Assembly (NCBI RefSeq): GCF_009914755.1
Contig: NC_060948.1
Length of the DNA: 64,000 bases
Reading direction: 5' to 3' (one strand)
Origin: the human T2T-CHM13v2.0 reference genome, Homo sapiens
In this document: in pieces, positions 1 through 20,622 of the stretch
Position numbering within the stretch: position 1 is the first letter of the stretch
Layout: the number at the start of each line of letters is the position of its first letter
The notes under the pieces: model-generated
Told to the model about the DNA's origin: nothing
Database searches by the model: none
Seen by the model: the letters and a program-made list of their open reading frames with translations, nothing else
Program-made: the position numbers and the translations under genes

Positions 1-963
1 CCTATAATGTATAATTTATTACATGTAAAATAAAGAATGCAATATATTATGTATAATTTATAATATACAATATGTGGAATGTGATATATATAACATATAA
101 TATATGATATATGATATACAGTATATGATATATAACATACAATATATGATACCTAACATATATGGTATACAATATATATTTTATGATATGTATTCTCTAT
201 GTTTTATATTCTCTTATATATAACTATTTGAAATTATATATAACTGAGTAATATTTTATGTAAATATGTAATATAATATATATAACTATATAATATATTA
301 TATATAACTATATATTATGTTATATATACTTTTATAACATAATTTACATAAAATATCATAATATAATATATATTATATTATTTCATATTACATAATATAT
401 ATTACATATCACCCAATATAAGTAACATACATAATATTATAATATAGATTATATTATGTTATATTAAATATCATATATATCATGTATCATATATTCTATA
501 ATATATATTATACATTATATAATATGTATGTTGTCTATTATGTGATATATATAACTATATATATAATTATATTATTATACATATAACTAGATAAACATGT
601 AATTCTACATATTTTCATTTATAATTTATAGAATTATATAATCATATATAATTATTTATATTCTATAAAAAATTATATCATTATATAAATTATAATATAT
701 AAAAATTATAATATGTACTACAAATATATATATTATATATCATATATGATATAGTACCGTTGTTATATATCATAATACATATAAATGTGTATTATGTTAT
801 CTATAATTATATAATTTCATATATAAGATGTATAATATTTATTATATATTATATATGTTATGTAATATATATAGTATATATAAGATGAGACAGGATAAAT
901 ATTATATACTATGACATATAAAATATATGAGGTTATATGTTACATATAAGGCATAGCACATAA

Positions 964-1278
<315 letters not shown>

Positions 1279-1850
1279 AGATCCATATTTTTTAAATGAA
1301 AAAAAATTTCAAAGGTACTCTGCTTGGTACAATAATCAAATGTATAAACTGAGGAATAAAACATAACCATGAAACCTACTTATAACTGCATATGGAAAAT
1401 ACAGAGGATAATTTTTTAAATAACATATTTTGAAAGCCTTAACTAGTAATTTGAAGAGTTGGCATTTGAAAGGCCAGTATGAATATACCTTCAAAGCAGC
1501 AACACAGGTTCCCCATGAGAAAAAGCAAACTCAGGGAAAATAAAACCACAAAGGTTCAATCTCTTCTGACCTTTGAAAGACACAGCACAGACAGTGGTCC
1601 TTAGGACGAAGAGCAGGAGACCCCTAATTCCGTCACCATGGCGATAGGGCATAAACATTGCTGGGTGAGGGCACAATCCACATTGTGAGGTCCAACTGCT
1701 GCCAGGAAGACAGGAGTGCTTTTACATAGACCGAAAGGTCATTGAAGGCTCAGAGTTTTGTTTCAAGAACTGAATCCCAAGCCCACACGTTATTAGGCTG
1801 CGCTTCTTAAAACAAGCTATGAGATGGGAAAAAGGGCACCCACAAACATA
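1279..1850. repeat. HSATI-type moderate-GC segment (representative copy; follows each Alu, e.g. 3699-4270, 6119-6690, 61717-62288)
   Basis: A ~570-bp complex non-Alu sequence between the Alu 5' end and the AT domain. The name is assigned from the known DYZ2 composition, not from a database alignment. Confidence 0.75.
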
Positions 1851-3698
<1,848 letters not shown>

Positions 3699-5803
3699 AG
3701 ATCCATATTTTTTAAATGAAAAAAAATTTCAAAGGTACTCTGCTTGGTACAATAATCAAATGTATAAACTGAGGAATAAAACATAACCATGAAACCTACT
3801 TATAACTGCATATGGAAAATACAGAGGATAATTTTTTAAATAACATATTTTGAAAGCCTTAACTAGTAATTTGAAGAGTTGGCATTTGAAAGGCCAGTAT
3901 GAATATACCTTCAAAGCAGCAACACAGGTTCCCCATGAGAAAAAGCAAACTCAGGGAAAATAAAACCACAAAGGTTCAATCTCTTCTGACCTTTGAAAGA
4001 CACAGCACAGACAGTGGTCCTTAGGACGAAGAGCAGGAGACCCCTAATTCCGTCACCATGGCGATAGGGCATAAACATTGCTGGGTGAGGGCACAATCCA
4101 CATTGTGAGGTCCAACTGCTGCCAGGAAGACAGGAGTGCTTTTACATAGACCGAAAGGTCATTGAAGGCTCAGAGTTTTGTTTCAAGAACTGAATCCCAA
4201 GCCCACACGTTATTAGGCTGCGCTTCTTAAAACAAGTTATGAGATGGGAAAAAGGGCACCCAAAAACATACGTATACATTATGTATATAATAATATACAG
4301 TATCATATATATAATATATATAACCTATGTATAATATTGTTTTACATCCTGCATCTTATATTATATATATTGTATAAAATACAATAATTGATAATATATA
4401 AGTTTTATATTTATACAATATGATATATAGTATAAATTATAATTTATGACATATAATATATATGTTATATATCATATATAGAATATATTATACGGTTAAT
4501 ATACGTATTAAATATAAATTATACATTATATATATTATATATAATATATCTGCTATATAAAATACGCATTATGCATATTATATATATTATGTCTATGTTA
4601 TATATAGTATAAAACAACATATAATAATATATAATTGTATATATAAAATGCGACATATAATATATAATATATTTTATGACATATGTAATATATATTATAT
4701 ATTATATATAATACGTTGTATGTATAATACCTATATTAAATATATATTATATGACTATGTTATTAATTACATGTCACATATGTTATATATTATATATTTT
4801 TCATAGAATGTACCGGTTACATACAATATATACTATGTTACCTATAATGTATAATTTATTACATGTAAAATAAAGAATGCAATATATTATGTATAATTTA
4901 TAATATACAATATGTGGAATGTGATATATATAACATATAATATATGATATATGATATACAGTATATGATATATAACATACAATATATGATACCTAACATA
5001 TATGGTATACAATATATATTTTATGATATGTATTCTCTATGTTTTATATTCTCTTATATATAACTATTTGAAATTATATATAACTGAGTAATATTTTATG
5101 TAAATATGTAATATAATATATATAACTATATAATATATTATATATAACTATATATTATGTTATATATACTTTTATAACATAATTTACATAAAATATCATA
5201 ATATAATATATATTATATTATTTCATATTACATAATATATATTACATATCACCCAATATAAGTAACATACATAATATTATAATATAGATTATATTATGTT
5301 ATATTAAATATCATATATATCATGTATCATATATTCTATAATATATATTATACATTATATAATATGTATGTTGTCTATTATGTGATATATATAACTATAT
5401 ATATAATTATATTATTATACATATAACTAGATAAACATGTAATTCTACATATTTTCATTTATAATATATAGAATTATATAATCATATATAATTATTTATA
5501 TTCTATAAAAAATTATATCATTATATAAATTATAATATATAAAAATTATAATATGTACTACAAATATATATATTATATATCATATATGATATAGTACCGT
5601 TGTTATATATCATAATACATATAAATGTGTATTATGTTATCTATAATTATATAATTTCATATATAAGATGTATAATATTTATTATATATTATATATGTTA
5701 TGTAATATATATAGTATATATAAGATGAGACAGGATAAATATTATATACTATGACATATAAAATATATGAGGTTATATGTTACATATAAGGCATAGCACA
5801 TAA

Positions 5804-6118
<315 letters not shown>

Positions 6119-8246
6119 AGATCCATATTTTTTAAATGAAAAAAAATTTCAAAGGTACTCTGCTTGGTACAATAATCAAATGTATAAACTGAGGAATAAA
6201 ACATAACCATGAAACCTACTTATAACTGCATATGGAAAATACAGAGGATAATTTTTTAAATAACATATTTTGAAAGCCTTAACTAGTAATTTGAAGAGTT
6301 GGCATTTGAAAGGCCAGTATGAATATACCTTCAAAGCAGCAACACAGGTTCCCCATGAGAAAAAGCAAACTCAGGGAAAATAAAACCACAAAGGTTCAAT
6401 CTCTTCTGACCTTTGAAAGACACAGCACAGACAGTGGTCCTTAGGACGAAGAGCAGGAGACCCCTAATTCCGTCACCATGGCGATAGGGCATAAACATTG
6501 CTGGGTGAGGGCACAATCCACATTGTGAGGTCCAACTGCTGCCAGGAAGACAGGAGTGCTTTTACATAGACCGAAAGGTCATTGAAGGCTCAGAGTTTTG
6601 TTTCAAGAACTGAATCCCAAGCCCACACGTTATTAGGCTGCGCTTCTTAAAACAAGCTATGAGATGGGAAAAAGGGCACCCACAAACATACGTATACATT
6701 ATGTATACAATAATATACAGTATCATATATATAATATATATAACCTATGTATAATATTGTTTTACATCCTGCATCTTATACTATATATATTGTATAAAAT
6801 ATAATAATTGATAATATATAAGTTTTATATTTATATTATATGACATATATTATATATTATAATTTATGATATATATATTATATGTTATATATCATATATA
6901 GAATATATTATACGGTTAATATACGTATTAAATATAAATTATATATTATATACATTATATATAATATATCTGTTATATATAATACCCATTATGCATAATA
7001 TATATATTATGTCTATGTTATATATAGTATAAAACAACATATAATAATATATAATTGTATATATAAAAGGTGACATATAATATATATTATATTTTATGAC
7101 ATATGTAATATATATTATATATTATATATAATACGTTGTATGTATAATACCTATATTAAATATATATGATATGACTATGTTATTAATTACATGTCACATG
7201 TGTTATATATTATATATTTTACATACAATATACCGGTTACATACAATATATACTATCTTACCTACAATGTATAATTTATTACATGTAAAATAAAGAATGC
7301 AGTATATTATGTATAATTTATAATATACAATATGTGGAATGTGATATATATAACATATAATATATGATATATGATATACACTATATGATATATAACATAC
7401 AATATATGATACCTAATATATATGGTATACAATATATATTTTATGATATGTATTCTATATGTTTTTTATTCTGTTATATATAACTATTTGAAATTATATA
7501 TAACTGTATAATATTTTATGTAAATATGTAATATAATATATATAACTATATAATATATTATATATAACTTTATATTATGTTATATATACTTTTATAACAT
7601 AATTTACATAAAATATCATAATATAATATGTATTATATTATTTCTTATTACATAATATATATTACATATCACCCAATATAAGTAACATACATAATATTAT
7701 AATATAGATTATATTATGTTATATTAAATATCATATATATCATGTATCATATATTCTATAATATATATTACACATTATATAATATGTATGTTGTCTATTA
7801 TGTGATATATATAACTATATATATAATTATATTATTATACATATAACTAGATAAACGTGTAATTCTACATATTTTCATTTATAATATATAGAATTATGTA
7901 ATCATATATAATTATTTATATTCTATAAAAAATTATATCATTATATAAATTATAATATATAAAAATTAAAATATGTACTTAAAACAGATATATTATATAT
8001 CATATATGATATAGTACCTTTGTTATATATCATAATACATATAAATGTGTATTATGTTATCTATAATTATATAATTTCGTATATAAGATGTATAATATGT
8101 ATTATATATTTTATATGCTATGTAATATATATAGTATATATAAGATGACACAGGATAAATATTATATACTATGACATATAAAATATAAGAGGTTATATGT
8201 TACATATAAGTCATACCACATAAGATGTAATATATATCATATATAA

Positions 8247-8538
<292 letters not shown>

Positions 8539-10665
8539 AGATCCATATTTTTTAAATGAAAAAAAATTTCAAAGGTACTCTGCTTGGTACAATAATCAAA
8601 TGTATAAACTGAGGAATAAAACATAACCATGAAACCTACTTATAACTGCATATGGAAAATACAGAGGATAATTTTTTAAATAACATATTTTGAAAGCCTT
8701 AACTAGTAATTTGAAGAGTTGGCATTTGAAAGGCCAGTATGAATATACCTTCAAAGCAGCAACACAGGTTCCCCATGAGAAAAACAAACTCAGGGAAAAT
8801 AAAACCACAAAGGTTCAATCTCTTCTGACCTTTGAAAGACACAGCACAGACAGTGGTCCTTAGGACGAAGAGCAGGAGACCCCTAATTCCGTCACCATGG
8901 CGATAGGGCATAAACATTGCTGGGTGAGGGCACAATCCACATTGTGAGGTCCAACTGCTGCCAGGAAGACAGGAGTGCTTTTACATAGACCGAAAGGTCA
9001 TTGAAGGCTCAGAGTTTTGTTTCAAGAACTGAATCCCAAGCCCACACGTTATTAGGCTGCGCTTCTTAAAACAAGCTATGAGATGGGAAAAAGGGCACCC
9101 ACAAACATACGTATACATTACGTATATAATAATATACAGTATCATATATATAATATATATAACCTATGTATAATATTGTTTTACATCCTGCATCTTATAC
9201 TATATATATTGTATAAAATATAATAATTGATAATATATAAGTTTTATATTTATACTATATGACATATATTATATATTATAATTTATGATATATATATTAT
9301 ATGTTATATATCATATGTAGAATATATTATACGGTTAATATACGTATTAAATATAAATTATATATTATATACATTATATATAATATATCTGTTATATATA
9401 ATACCCATTATGCATAATATATATATTATGTCTATGTTATATATAGTATAAAACAACATATAATAATATATAATTGTATATATAAAAGGTGACATATAAT
9501 ATATATTATATTTTATGACATATGTAATATATATTATATATTATATATAATACGTTGTATGTATAATACCTATATTAAATATATATGATATGACTATGTT
9601 ATTAATTACATGTCACATGTGTTATATATTATATATTTTACATACAATATACCGGTTACATACAATATATACTATCTTATCTACAATGTATAATTTATTA
9701 CATGTAAAATAAAGAATGCACTATATTATGTATAATTTATAATATACAATATGTGGAATGTGATATATATAACATATAATATATGATATATGATATACAG
9801 TATATGATATATAACATACAATATATGATACCTAATATATATGGTATACAATATATATTTTATGATATGTATTCTATATGTTTTTTATTCTGTTATATAT
9901 AACTATTTGAAATTATATATAACTGTATAATATTTTATGTAAATATGTAATATAATATATATAACTATATAATATATTATATATAACTTTATATTATGTT
10001 ATATATACTTTTATAACATAATTTACATAAAATATCATAATATAATATATATTATATTATTTCTTATTACATAATATATATTACATATCACCCAATATAA
10101 GTAACATACATAATATTATAATATAGATTATATTATGTTATAGTAAATATCATATATATCATGTATCATATATTCTATAATATATATTACACATTATATA
10201 ATATGTATGTTGTTTATTATGTGATATATATAAGTATATATATAATTATATTATTATACATATAACTAGATAAACGTGTAATTCTACATATTTTCATTTA
10301 TAATATATAGAATTATGTAATCATATATAATTATTTATATTCTATAAAAAATTATATCATTATATAAATTATAATATATAAAAATTAAAATATGTACTTA
10401 AAACAGATATATTATATATCATATATGATATAGTACCTTTGTTATATATCATAATACATATAAATGTGTATTATGTTATCTATAATTATATAATTTCGTA
10501 TATAAGATGTATAATATGTATTATATATTTTATATGTTATGTAATATATCTAGTATATATAAGATGACACAGGATAAATATTATACACTATGACATATAA
10601 AATATAAGAGGTTATATGTTACATATAAGTCATACCACATAAGATGTAATATATATCATATATAA

Positions 10666-10957
<292 letters not shown>

Positions 10958-13083
10958 AGATCCATATTTTTTAAATGAAAAAAAATTTCAAAGGTACTCT
11001 GCTTGGTACAATAATCAAATGTATAAACTGAGGAATAAAACATAACCATGAAACCTACTTATAACTGCATATGGAAAATACAGAGGATAATTTTTTAAAT
11101 AACATATTTTGAAAGCCTTAACTAGTAATTTGAAGAGTTGGCATTTGAAAGGCCAGTATGAATATACCTTCAAAGCAGCAACACAGGTTCCCCATGAGAA
11201 AAAGCAAACTCAGGGAAAATAAAACCACAAAGGTTCAATCTCTTCTGACCTTTGAAAGACACAGCACAGACAGTGGTCCTTAGGACGAAGAGCAGGAGAC
11301 CCCTAATTCCGTCACCATGGCGATAGGGCATAAACATTGCTGGGTGAGGGCACAATCCACATTGTGAGGTCCAACTGCTGCCAGGAAGACAGGAGTGCTT
11401 TTACATAGACCGAAAGGTCATTGAAGGCTCAGAGTTTTGTTTCAAGAACTGAATCCCAAGCCCACACGTTATTAGGCTGCGCTTCTTAAAACAAGCTATG
11501 AGATGGGAAAAAGGGCACCCACAAACATACGTATACATTATGTATATAATAATATACAGTATCATATACATAATATATATAACCTATGTATAATATTGTT
11601 TTACATCCTGCATCTTATACTATATATATTGTATAAAATATAATAATTGATAATATATAAGTTTTATATTTATACTATATGACATATATTATATATTATA
11701 ATTTATGATATATATATTATATGTTATATATCATATATAGAATATATTATACGGTTAATATACGTATTAAATATAAATTATATATTATATACATTATATA
11801 TAATATATCTGTTATATATAATACACATTATGCATAATATATATATTATGTCTATGTTATATATAGTATAAAACAACATATAATAATATATAATTGTATA
11901 TATAAAAGGTGACATATAATATATATTATATTTTATGACATATGTAATATATATTATATATTATATATAATACGTTGTATGTATAATACCTATATTAAAT
12001 ATATATGATATCACTATGTTATTAATTACATGTCACATGTGTTATATATTATATATTTTACATACAATATACCGGTTACATACAATATATACTATCTTAC
12101 CTACAATGTATAATTTATTACATGTAAAATAAAGAATGCAGTATATTATGTATAATTTATAATATACAATATGTGGAATGCGATATATATAACATATAAT
12201 ATATGATATATGATATACAGTATATGATATATAACATACAATATATGATACCTAATATATATGGTATACAATATATATTTTATGATATGTATTCTATATG
12301 TTTTTTATTCTGTTATATATAACTATTTGAAATTATATATAACTGTATAATATTTTATGTAAATATGTAATATAATATATATAACTATATAATATATTAT
12401 ATATAAATATATATTATGTTATATATACTTTTATAACATAATTTACATAAAATGTCATAATATAATATAGATTATATTATTTCATATTACATAATATATA
12501 TTGCATATCACCCAATATAAGTAACATACATAATATTATAATATAGATTATATTATGTTATATTAAATGTCATATATATCATGTATCATATATTCTATAA
12601 TATATATTATACATTTTATAATATGTATGTTGTCTATTATGTGATATATATAACTATATATAATTATATTATTATACATATAACTAGATAAACATGTAAT
12701 TCTACATATTTTCATTTATAATATATAGAATTATATAATCATATATAATTATTTATATTCTATAAAAAATTATATCATTATATAAATTATAATATATAAA
12801 AATTATAATACGTACTACAAATATATATATTATATATCATATATGATATAGTACCTTTGTTATATATCATAGTACATATAAATGTGTATTATGTTATCTA
12901 TAATTATATAAATTCATATATAAGATGTATAATATGTATTATATATTATATATGTTATGTAATATATATAGTATATATAAGATGACACAGGATAAATATT
13001 ATATACTATGACATATAAAATATATGAGGTTATATGTTACATATAAGGCATAGCACATAACATGTAATATATATCATCTATAA

Positions 13084-13375
13084 TTTTTTTTTAGACAGAG
13101 TCTTGTCCTGTTGCACAGGATGGAGTACAATGGCGCCATCTTTGCTCACAGCAACATCTGCCTCACGGGTCTAAGCGATTGTCCTCCCTCAACCTCCCAG
13201 GTAGCTGGGACTACACCACACTGGGACTACACCAGCTGCCACCAGGCCTAGCTAATTTTTTGGATTTTTAGTAGTGACAGCGTTTCACTGTATTGGCCAG
13301 GATGGTCTTGATCTCTTCACCTTGTGATCCCCTTGCCTTGGCCTCCAAATTTGCTGGGATTACAGGCCTGAGCCA
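13084..13375 (-). mobile_element. Diverged Alu, unit 6
   Basis: Same Alu motifs. Confidence 0.95.
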
Positions 13376-15475
13376 AGATCCATATTTTTTAAATGAAAAA
13401 AAATTTCAAAGGTACTCTGCTTGGTACAATAATCAAATGTATAAACTGAGGAATAAAACATAACCATGAAAGCTACTTATAACTGCATATGGAAAATACA
13501 GAGGATAGTTTTTTAAATAACATATTTTGAAAGCCTTAACTAGCAATTTGAATAGTTGGCATTTGAAAGGACAGTATGAATATACATTCAAAGCAGCAAC
13601 ACAGGTTCCCCATGAGAAAAAGCAAACTCAGGGAAAATAAAACCACAAAGGTTCAATCTCTTCTGATCTTTGAAAGACACAGCACAGACAGTGGTCCTTA
13701 GGAGGAAGAGCGGGAGACCCCTAATTCCGTCACCATGGCGATAGGGCATAAACATTGCTAGGTGAGGGCACAATCCACATTGTGAGGTCCAACTGCTGCC
13801 AGGAAGACAGGAGTGCTTTTACATAGACCGAAAGGTCATTGAAGGCTCAGAGTTTTGTTTCAAGAACTGAATCCCAAGCCCACACGTTATTAGGCTGCGC
13901 TTCTTAAAACAAGTTATGAGATGGGAAAAAGGGCACCCACAAACATACGTATACATTATGTATATAATAATATACAGTATCATATATATAATATATATAA
14001 CCTATGTATAATATTGTTTTACATCCTGCATCTTATACTATATATATTGTATAAAATATAATAATTGATAATATATAAGTTTTATATTTATACAATATGA
14101 CATATAGTATATATTATAATTTATGACATATATATTATAATTTATATATCATATATAGAATATATTATACGGTTAATATACGTATTAAATATAAATTATA
14201 TATTATATACATTATATATAATATATCTGTTATATATAATACCCATTATGCATAATATATATATTATGTCTATGTTATATATAGTATAAAACAACATATA
14301 ATAATATATAATTGTATATATAAAATGTGACATATAATATATATTATATTTTATGACATATGTAATATATATTATATATTATATATAATACGTTGTATGT
14401 ATAATACCTATATTAAATATATATGATAGGACTATGTTATTAATTACATGTGACATGTGTTATATATTATATATTTTACATAGAATATAGTGGTTACATA
14501 CAATATATACTATGTTACCTGTAATGTATAATTTATTACATGTAAAATAAAGAATGCAATATATTATGTATAATTTATAATATACAATATGTGGAATGTG
14601 ATATATATAACATACATGATATATGATATACAGTATATGATATATAACATACAATATATGATACCTAATATATATGGAATACAATATATATTTTATGATA
14701 TGTATTCTATATGTTTTATATTCTGTTATATATAACTATTTGAAATTATATATAACTGTATAATATTTTATGTAAATACGTAATATAATATATATAACTA
14801 TATAATATATTATATATAACTATATATTATGTTATATATACTTTTATAACATAATTTACATAAAATATCATAATATAATATATATTATATTATTTCATAT
14901 TACATAATATATATTACATATCACCCAATATAAGTAACATACATAATATTATAATATAGATTATATTATGTTATATTAAATATCATATATATCATGTATC
15001 ATATATTCTATAATATATATTATACATTATATAATATGTATGTTGTCTATTATGTGATATATATAACTATATATATAATTAAATTATTATACATATAACT
15101 AGATAAACGTGTAATTCTACATATTTTCATTTATAATATATAGAATTATATAATCATATATAATTATTTATATTCTATAAAAAATTATATCATTATATAA
15201 ATTATAATATATAAAAATTATAATATGTACTAAAAACAGATATATTATATATCATATATGATATAGTACCTTTGTTATATATCATAGTACATATAAATGT
15301 GTATTATGTTATCTATAATTATATAATTTCATATATAAGATGTATAATATGTATTATATATTATATATGTTATGTAATATATATAGTATATATAAGATGA
15401 CACAGGATAAATATTATATACTATGACATATAAAATATATGAGGTTATATGTTGCATATAAGGCATAGCACATAA

Positions 15476-15790
<315 letters not shown>

Positions 15791-17888
15791 AGATCCATAT
15801 TTTTTAAATGAAAAAAAATTTCAAAGGTACTCTGCTTGGTACAATAATCAAATGTACAAACTGAGGAATAAAACATAACCATGAAAGCTACTTATAACTG
15901 CATATGGAAAATACAGAGGATAATTTTTTAAGTAACATATTTTGAAAGCCTTAACTAGTAATTTGAAGAGTTGGCATTTGAAAGGACAGTATGAATATAC
16001 CTCCAAAGCAGCAACACAGGTTCCCCATGAGAAAAAGCAAACTCAGGGAAAATAAAACCACAAAGGTTCAATCTCTTCTGACCTTTGAAAGACACAGCAC
16101 AGACAGTGGTCCTTAGGACGAAGAGCAGGAGACCCCTAATTCCGTCACCATGGCGATAGGGCATAAACATTGCTGGGTGAGGGCACAATCCACATTGTGA
16201 GGTCCAACTGCTGCCAGGAAGACAGGAGTGCTTTTACATAGACCGAAAGGTCATTCAAGGCTCAGAGTTTTGTTTCAAGAACTGAATCCCAAGCCCACAC
16301 GTTATTAGGCTGCGCTTCTTAAAACAAGTTATGAGATGGGAAAAAGGGCACCCACAAACATACGTATACATTATGTATATAATAATATACAGTATCATAT
16401 ATATAATATATATAACCTATGTATAATATTGTTTTACATCCTGCATCTTATACTATATATATTGTATAAAATATAATAATTGATAATATATAAGTTTTAT
16501 ATTTATAGAATATGACATATAGTATATATTATAATTTATGACATATATATTATAAGTTATATATCATATATAGAATATATTATACGGTTAATATAAGTAT
16601 TAAATATAAATTATATATTATATACATTATATGTAATATATCTGTTATATATAATACCCATTATGCATAATATATATATTATGTCTATGTTATATATAGT
16701 ATAAAACAACATATAATAATATATAATTGTATATAAAAAATGTGACATATAATATATATTATATTTTATGACATATGTAATATATATTATATATTATATA
16801 TAATACGTTGTATGTATAATACCTATATTAAATATATATGATATGACTATGTTATTAATTATATGTGACATGTGTTATATATTATATATTTTACATACAA
16901 TATACCGGTTACATACAATATATACTATGTTACCTGTAATGTATAATTTATTACATGTAAAATAAAGAATGCAATATATTATGTATAATTTATAATATAC
17001 AATATGTGGAATGTGATATATATAACTTATATGATATATGATATACAGTATATGATATATAACATACAATATATGATACCTAATATATATGGTATACAAT
17101 ATATATTTTATGATATGTATTCTATATGTTTTATATTCTGTTATATATAACTATTTGAAATTATATATAACTGTATAATATTTTATGTAAATATGTAATA
17201 TAATATATATAACTATATAATATATTATATATAACTATATATTATGTTATATATACTTTTATAACATAATTTACATAAAATGTCATAATATAATGTATAT
17301 TATATTATTTCATATTACATAATATATATTGCATATCACCCAATATAAGTAACATACATAATATTATAATATAGATTATATTATGTTATATTAAATATCA
17401 TATATATCATGTATCATATATTCTATAATATATATTATACATTATATAATATGTATGTTGTCTATTATGTGATATATATAACTATATATAATTATATTAT
17501 TATACATATAACTAGATAAACATGTAATTCTACATATTTTCATTTATAATATATAGAATTATATAATCATATATAATTATTTATATTCTATAAAAAATTA
17601 TATCATTATATAAATTATAATATATAAAAATTATAATACGTACTACAAATATATATATTATATATCATATATGATATAGTACCTTTGTTATATATCATAG
17701 TACATATAAATGTGTATTATGTTATCTATAATTATATAATTTCATATATAAGATGTATAATATGTATTATATATTATATATGTTATGTAATATATATAGT
17801 ATATATAAGATGACACAGGATAAATATTATATACTATGACATATAAAATATATGAGGTTATATGTTACATATAAGGCATAGCACATAA

Positions 17889-18203
<315 letters not shown>

Positions 18204-20307
18204 AGATCCATATTTTTTAAATGAAAAAAAAATTCAAAGGTACTCTGCTTGGTACAATAATCAAATGTATAAACTGAGGAATAAAACATAACCATGAAAG
18301 CTACTTATAACTGCATATGGAAAATACAGAGGATAATTTTTTAATAACATATTTTGAAAGCCTTAACTAGTAATTTGAAGAGTTGGCATTTGAAAGGCCA
18401 GTATGAATATACCTTCAAAGCAGCAACACAGGTTCCCCATGAGAAAAAGCAAACTCAGGGAAAATAAAACCGCAAAGGTTCAATCTCTTCTGACGTATGA
18501 AAGACACAGCACAGACAGTGGTCCTTAGGAGGAAGAGCAGGAGACCCCTAATTCCGTCACCATGGCGATAGGGCATAAACATTGCTGGGTGAGGGCACAA
18601 TCCACATTGTGAGGTCCAACTGCTGCCAGGAAGACAGGAGTGCTTTTACATAGACCGAAAGGTCATTGAAGGCTCAGAGTTTTGTTTCAAGAACTGAATC
18701 CCAAGCCCACACGTTATTAGGCTGCGCTTCTTAAAACAAGTTATGAGATTGGAAAAAGGGCACCCACAAACATACGTATACATTATGTATATAATAATAT
18801 ACAGTATCATATATATAATATATATAACCTATGTATAATATTGTTTTACATCCTGCATCTTATAATATATATATTGTATAAAATATAATAATTGATAATA
18901 TATAAGTTTTATATTTATACAATATGACATATAGTATATATTATAATTTATGACATATATTATGTATGTTATATATCATATATAGAATATATTATACGGT
19001 TAATATACGTATTAAGTATGAATTATACATTATATATATTATATATAATATATCTGTTATATATAATACCCATTATGCATAATATATATATTATGTCTAT
19101 GTTATATATTGTATAAAACAACATATAATAATATATAATTGTATATATAAAATGCGACATATAATATATATTATATTTTATGATATATGTAGTATATATT
19201 ATATATTATATATAATACGTTGTATGTATAATACCTATATTAAATATATATTATATGACTATGTTATTAATTATATGTCACATATGTTATATATTATATA
19301 TTTTACATAGAATATACCGGTTACATACAATATATACTATGTTACCTATAATGTATAATTTATTACATGTAAAATAAAGAATGCAATATATTACGTATAA
19401 TTTATAATATACAATATGTGGAATGTGATACATATAACATATAATATATGTTATATGATATACAGTATATGATATATAACATACAATATATGATACCTAA
19501 TATATATGGTATACAATATATATTTTATGATATGTATTCTATATGTTTTATATTCTGTTATATATAACTATTTGAAATTATATGTAACTGTATAATATTT
19601 TATGTAAATATGTAATATAATATATACAACTATATAATATATTATATATAACTATATATTATGTTATATATACTTTTATAACATAATTTACATAAAATAT
19701 CATAATATAATATATATTATATTATTTCACATTACGTAATATATATTACACATCACCCAATATAAGTAACACACATAATATTATAATATAGATTATATTA
19801 TGTTATATTAAATCTCATATATATCATGTATCATATATTCTGTAATATATATTATACAATATATAATATGTATGTTGTCTATTATGTGATATATATAACT
19901 ATATATATAATTATATTATTATACATATAACTAGATGAACATGTAATTCTACATATTTTAATTTATAATATATGGAATTATATAATCATATATAATTATT
20001 TATATTCTATAAAAAATTATATCATTATATAAATTATAATATATAAAAATTATAATATGTACTACAAATATATATATTATATATCATATATGATATAGTA
20101 CCTTTGTTATATATCATAATACATATAAATGTGTATTATGTTATCTATAATTATATAATTTCATATATAAGATGTATAATATGTATTATATATTATATAT
20201 GTTATGTAATATATATAGTATATATAAGCTGACACAGGATAAATATTATATACTATGACATATAAAATATATGAGGTTATATGTTACATATAAGGCATAG
20301 CACATAA

Positions 20308-20622
<315 letters not shown>

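Noticed and set aside
1491-1676. Repeated 61-aa minus-strand ORF (MCPHPAMF...) in nearly every unit
   Set aside because: It starts at a non-ATG codon, resembles no protein family I recognise, and is frameshifted or read through in units 4, 7, 15, 18 and 26. Its conservation just reflects satellite homogeneity.
1672-1687. Small hairpin CACAAT-CCAC-ATTGTG
   Set aside because: A 6-bp stem is expected by chance, and there is no terminator or ncRNA context.
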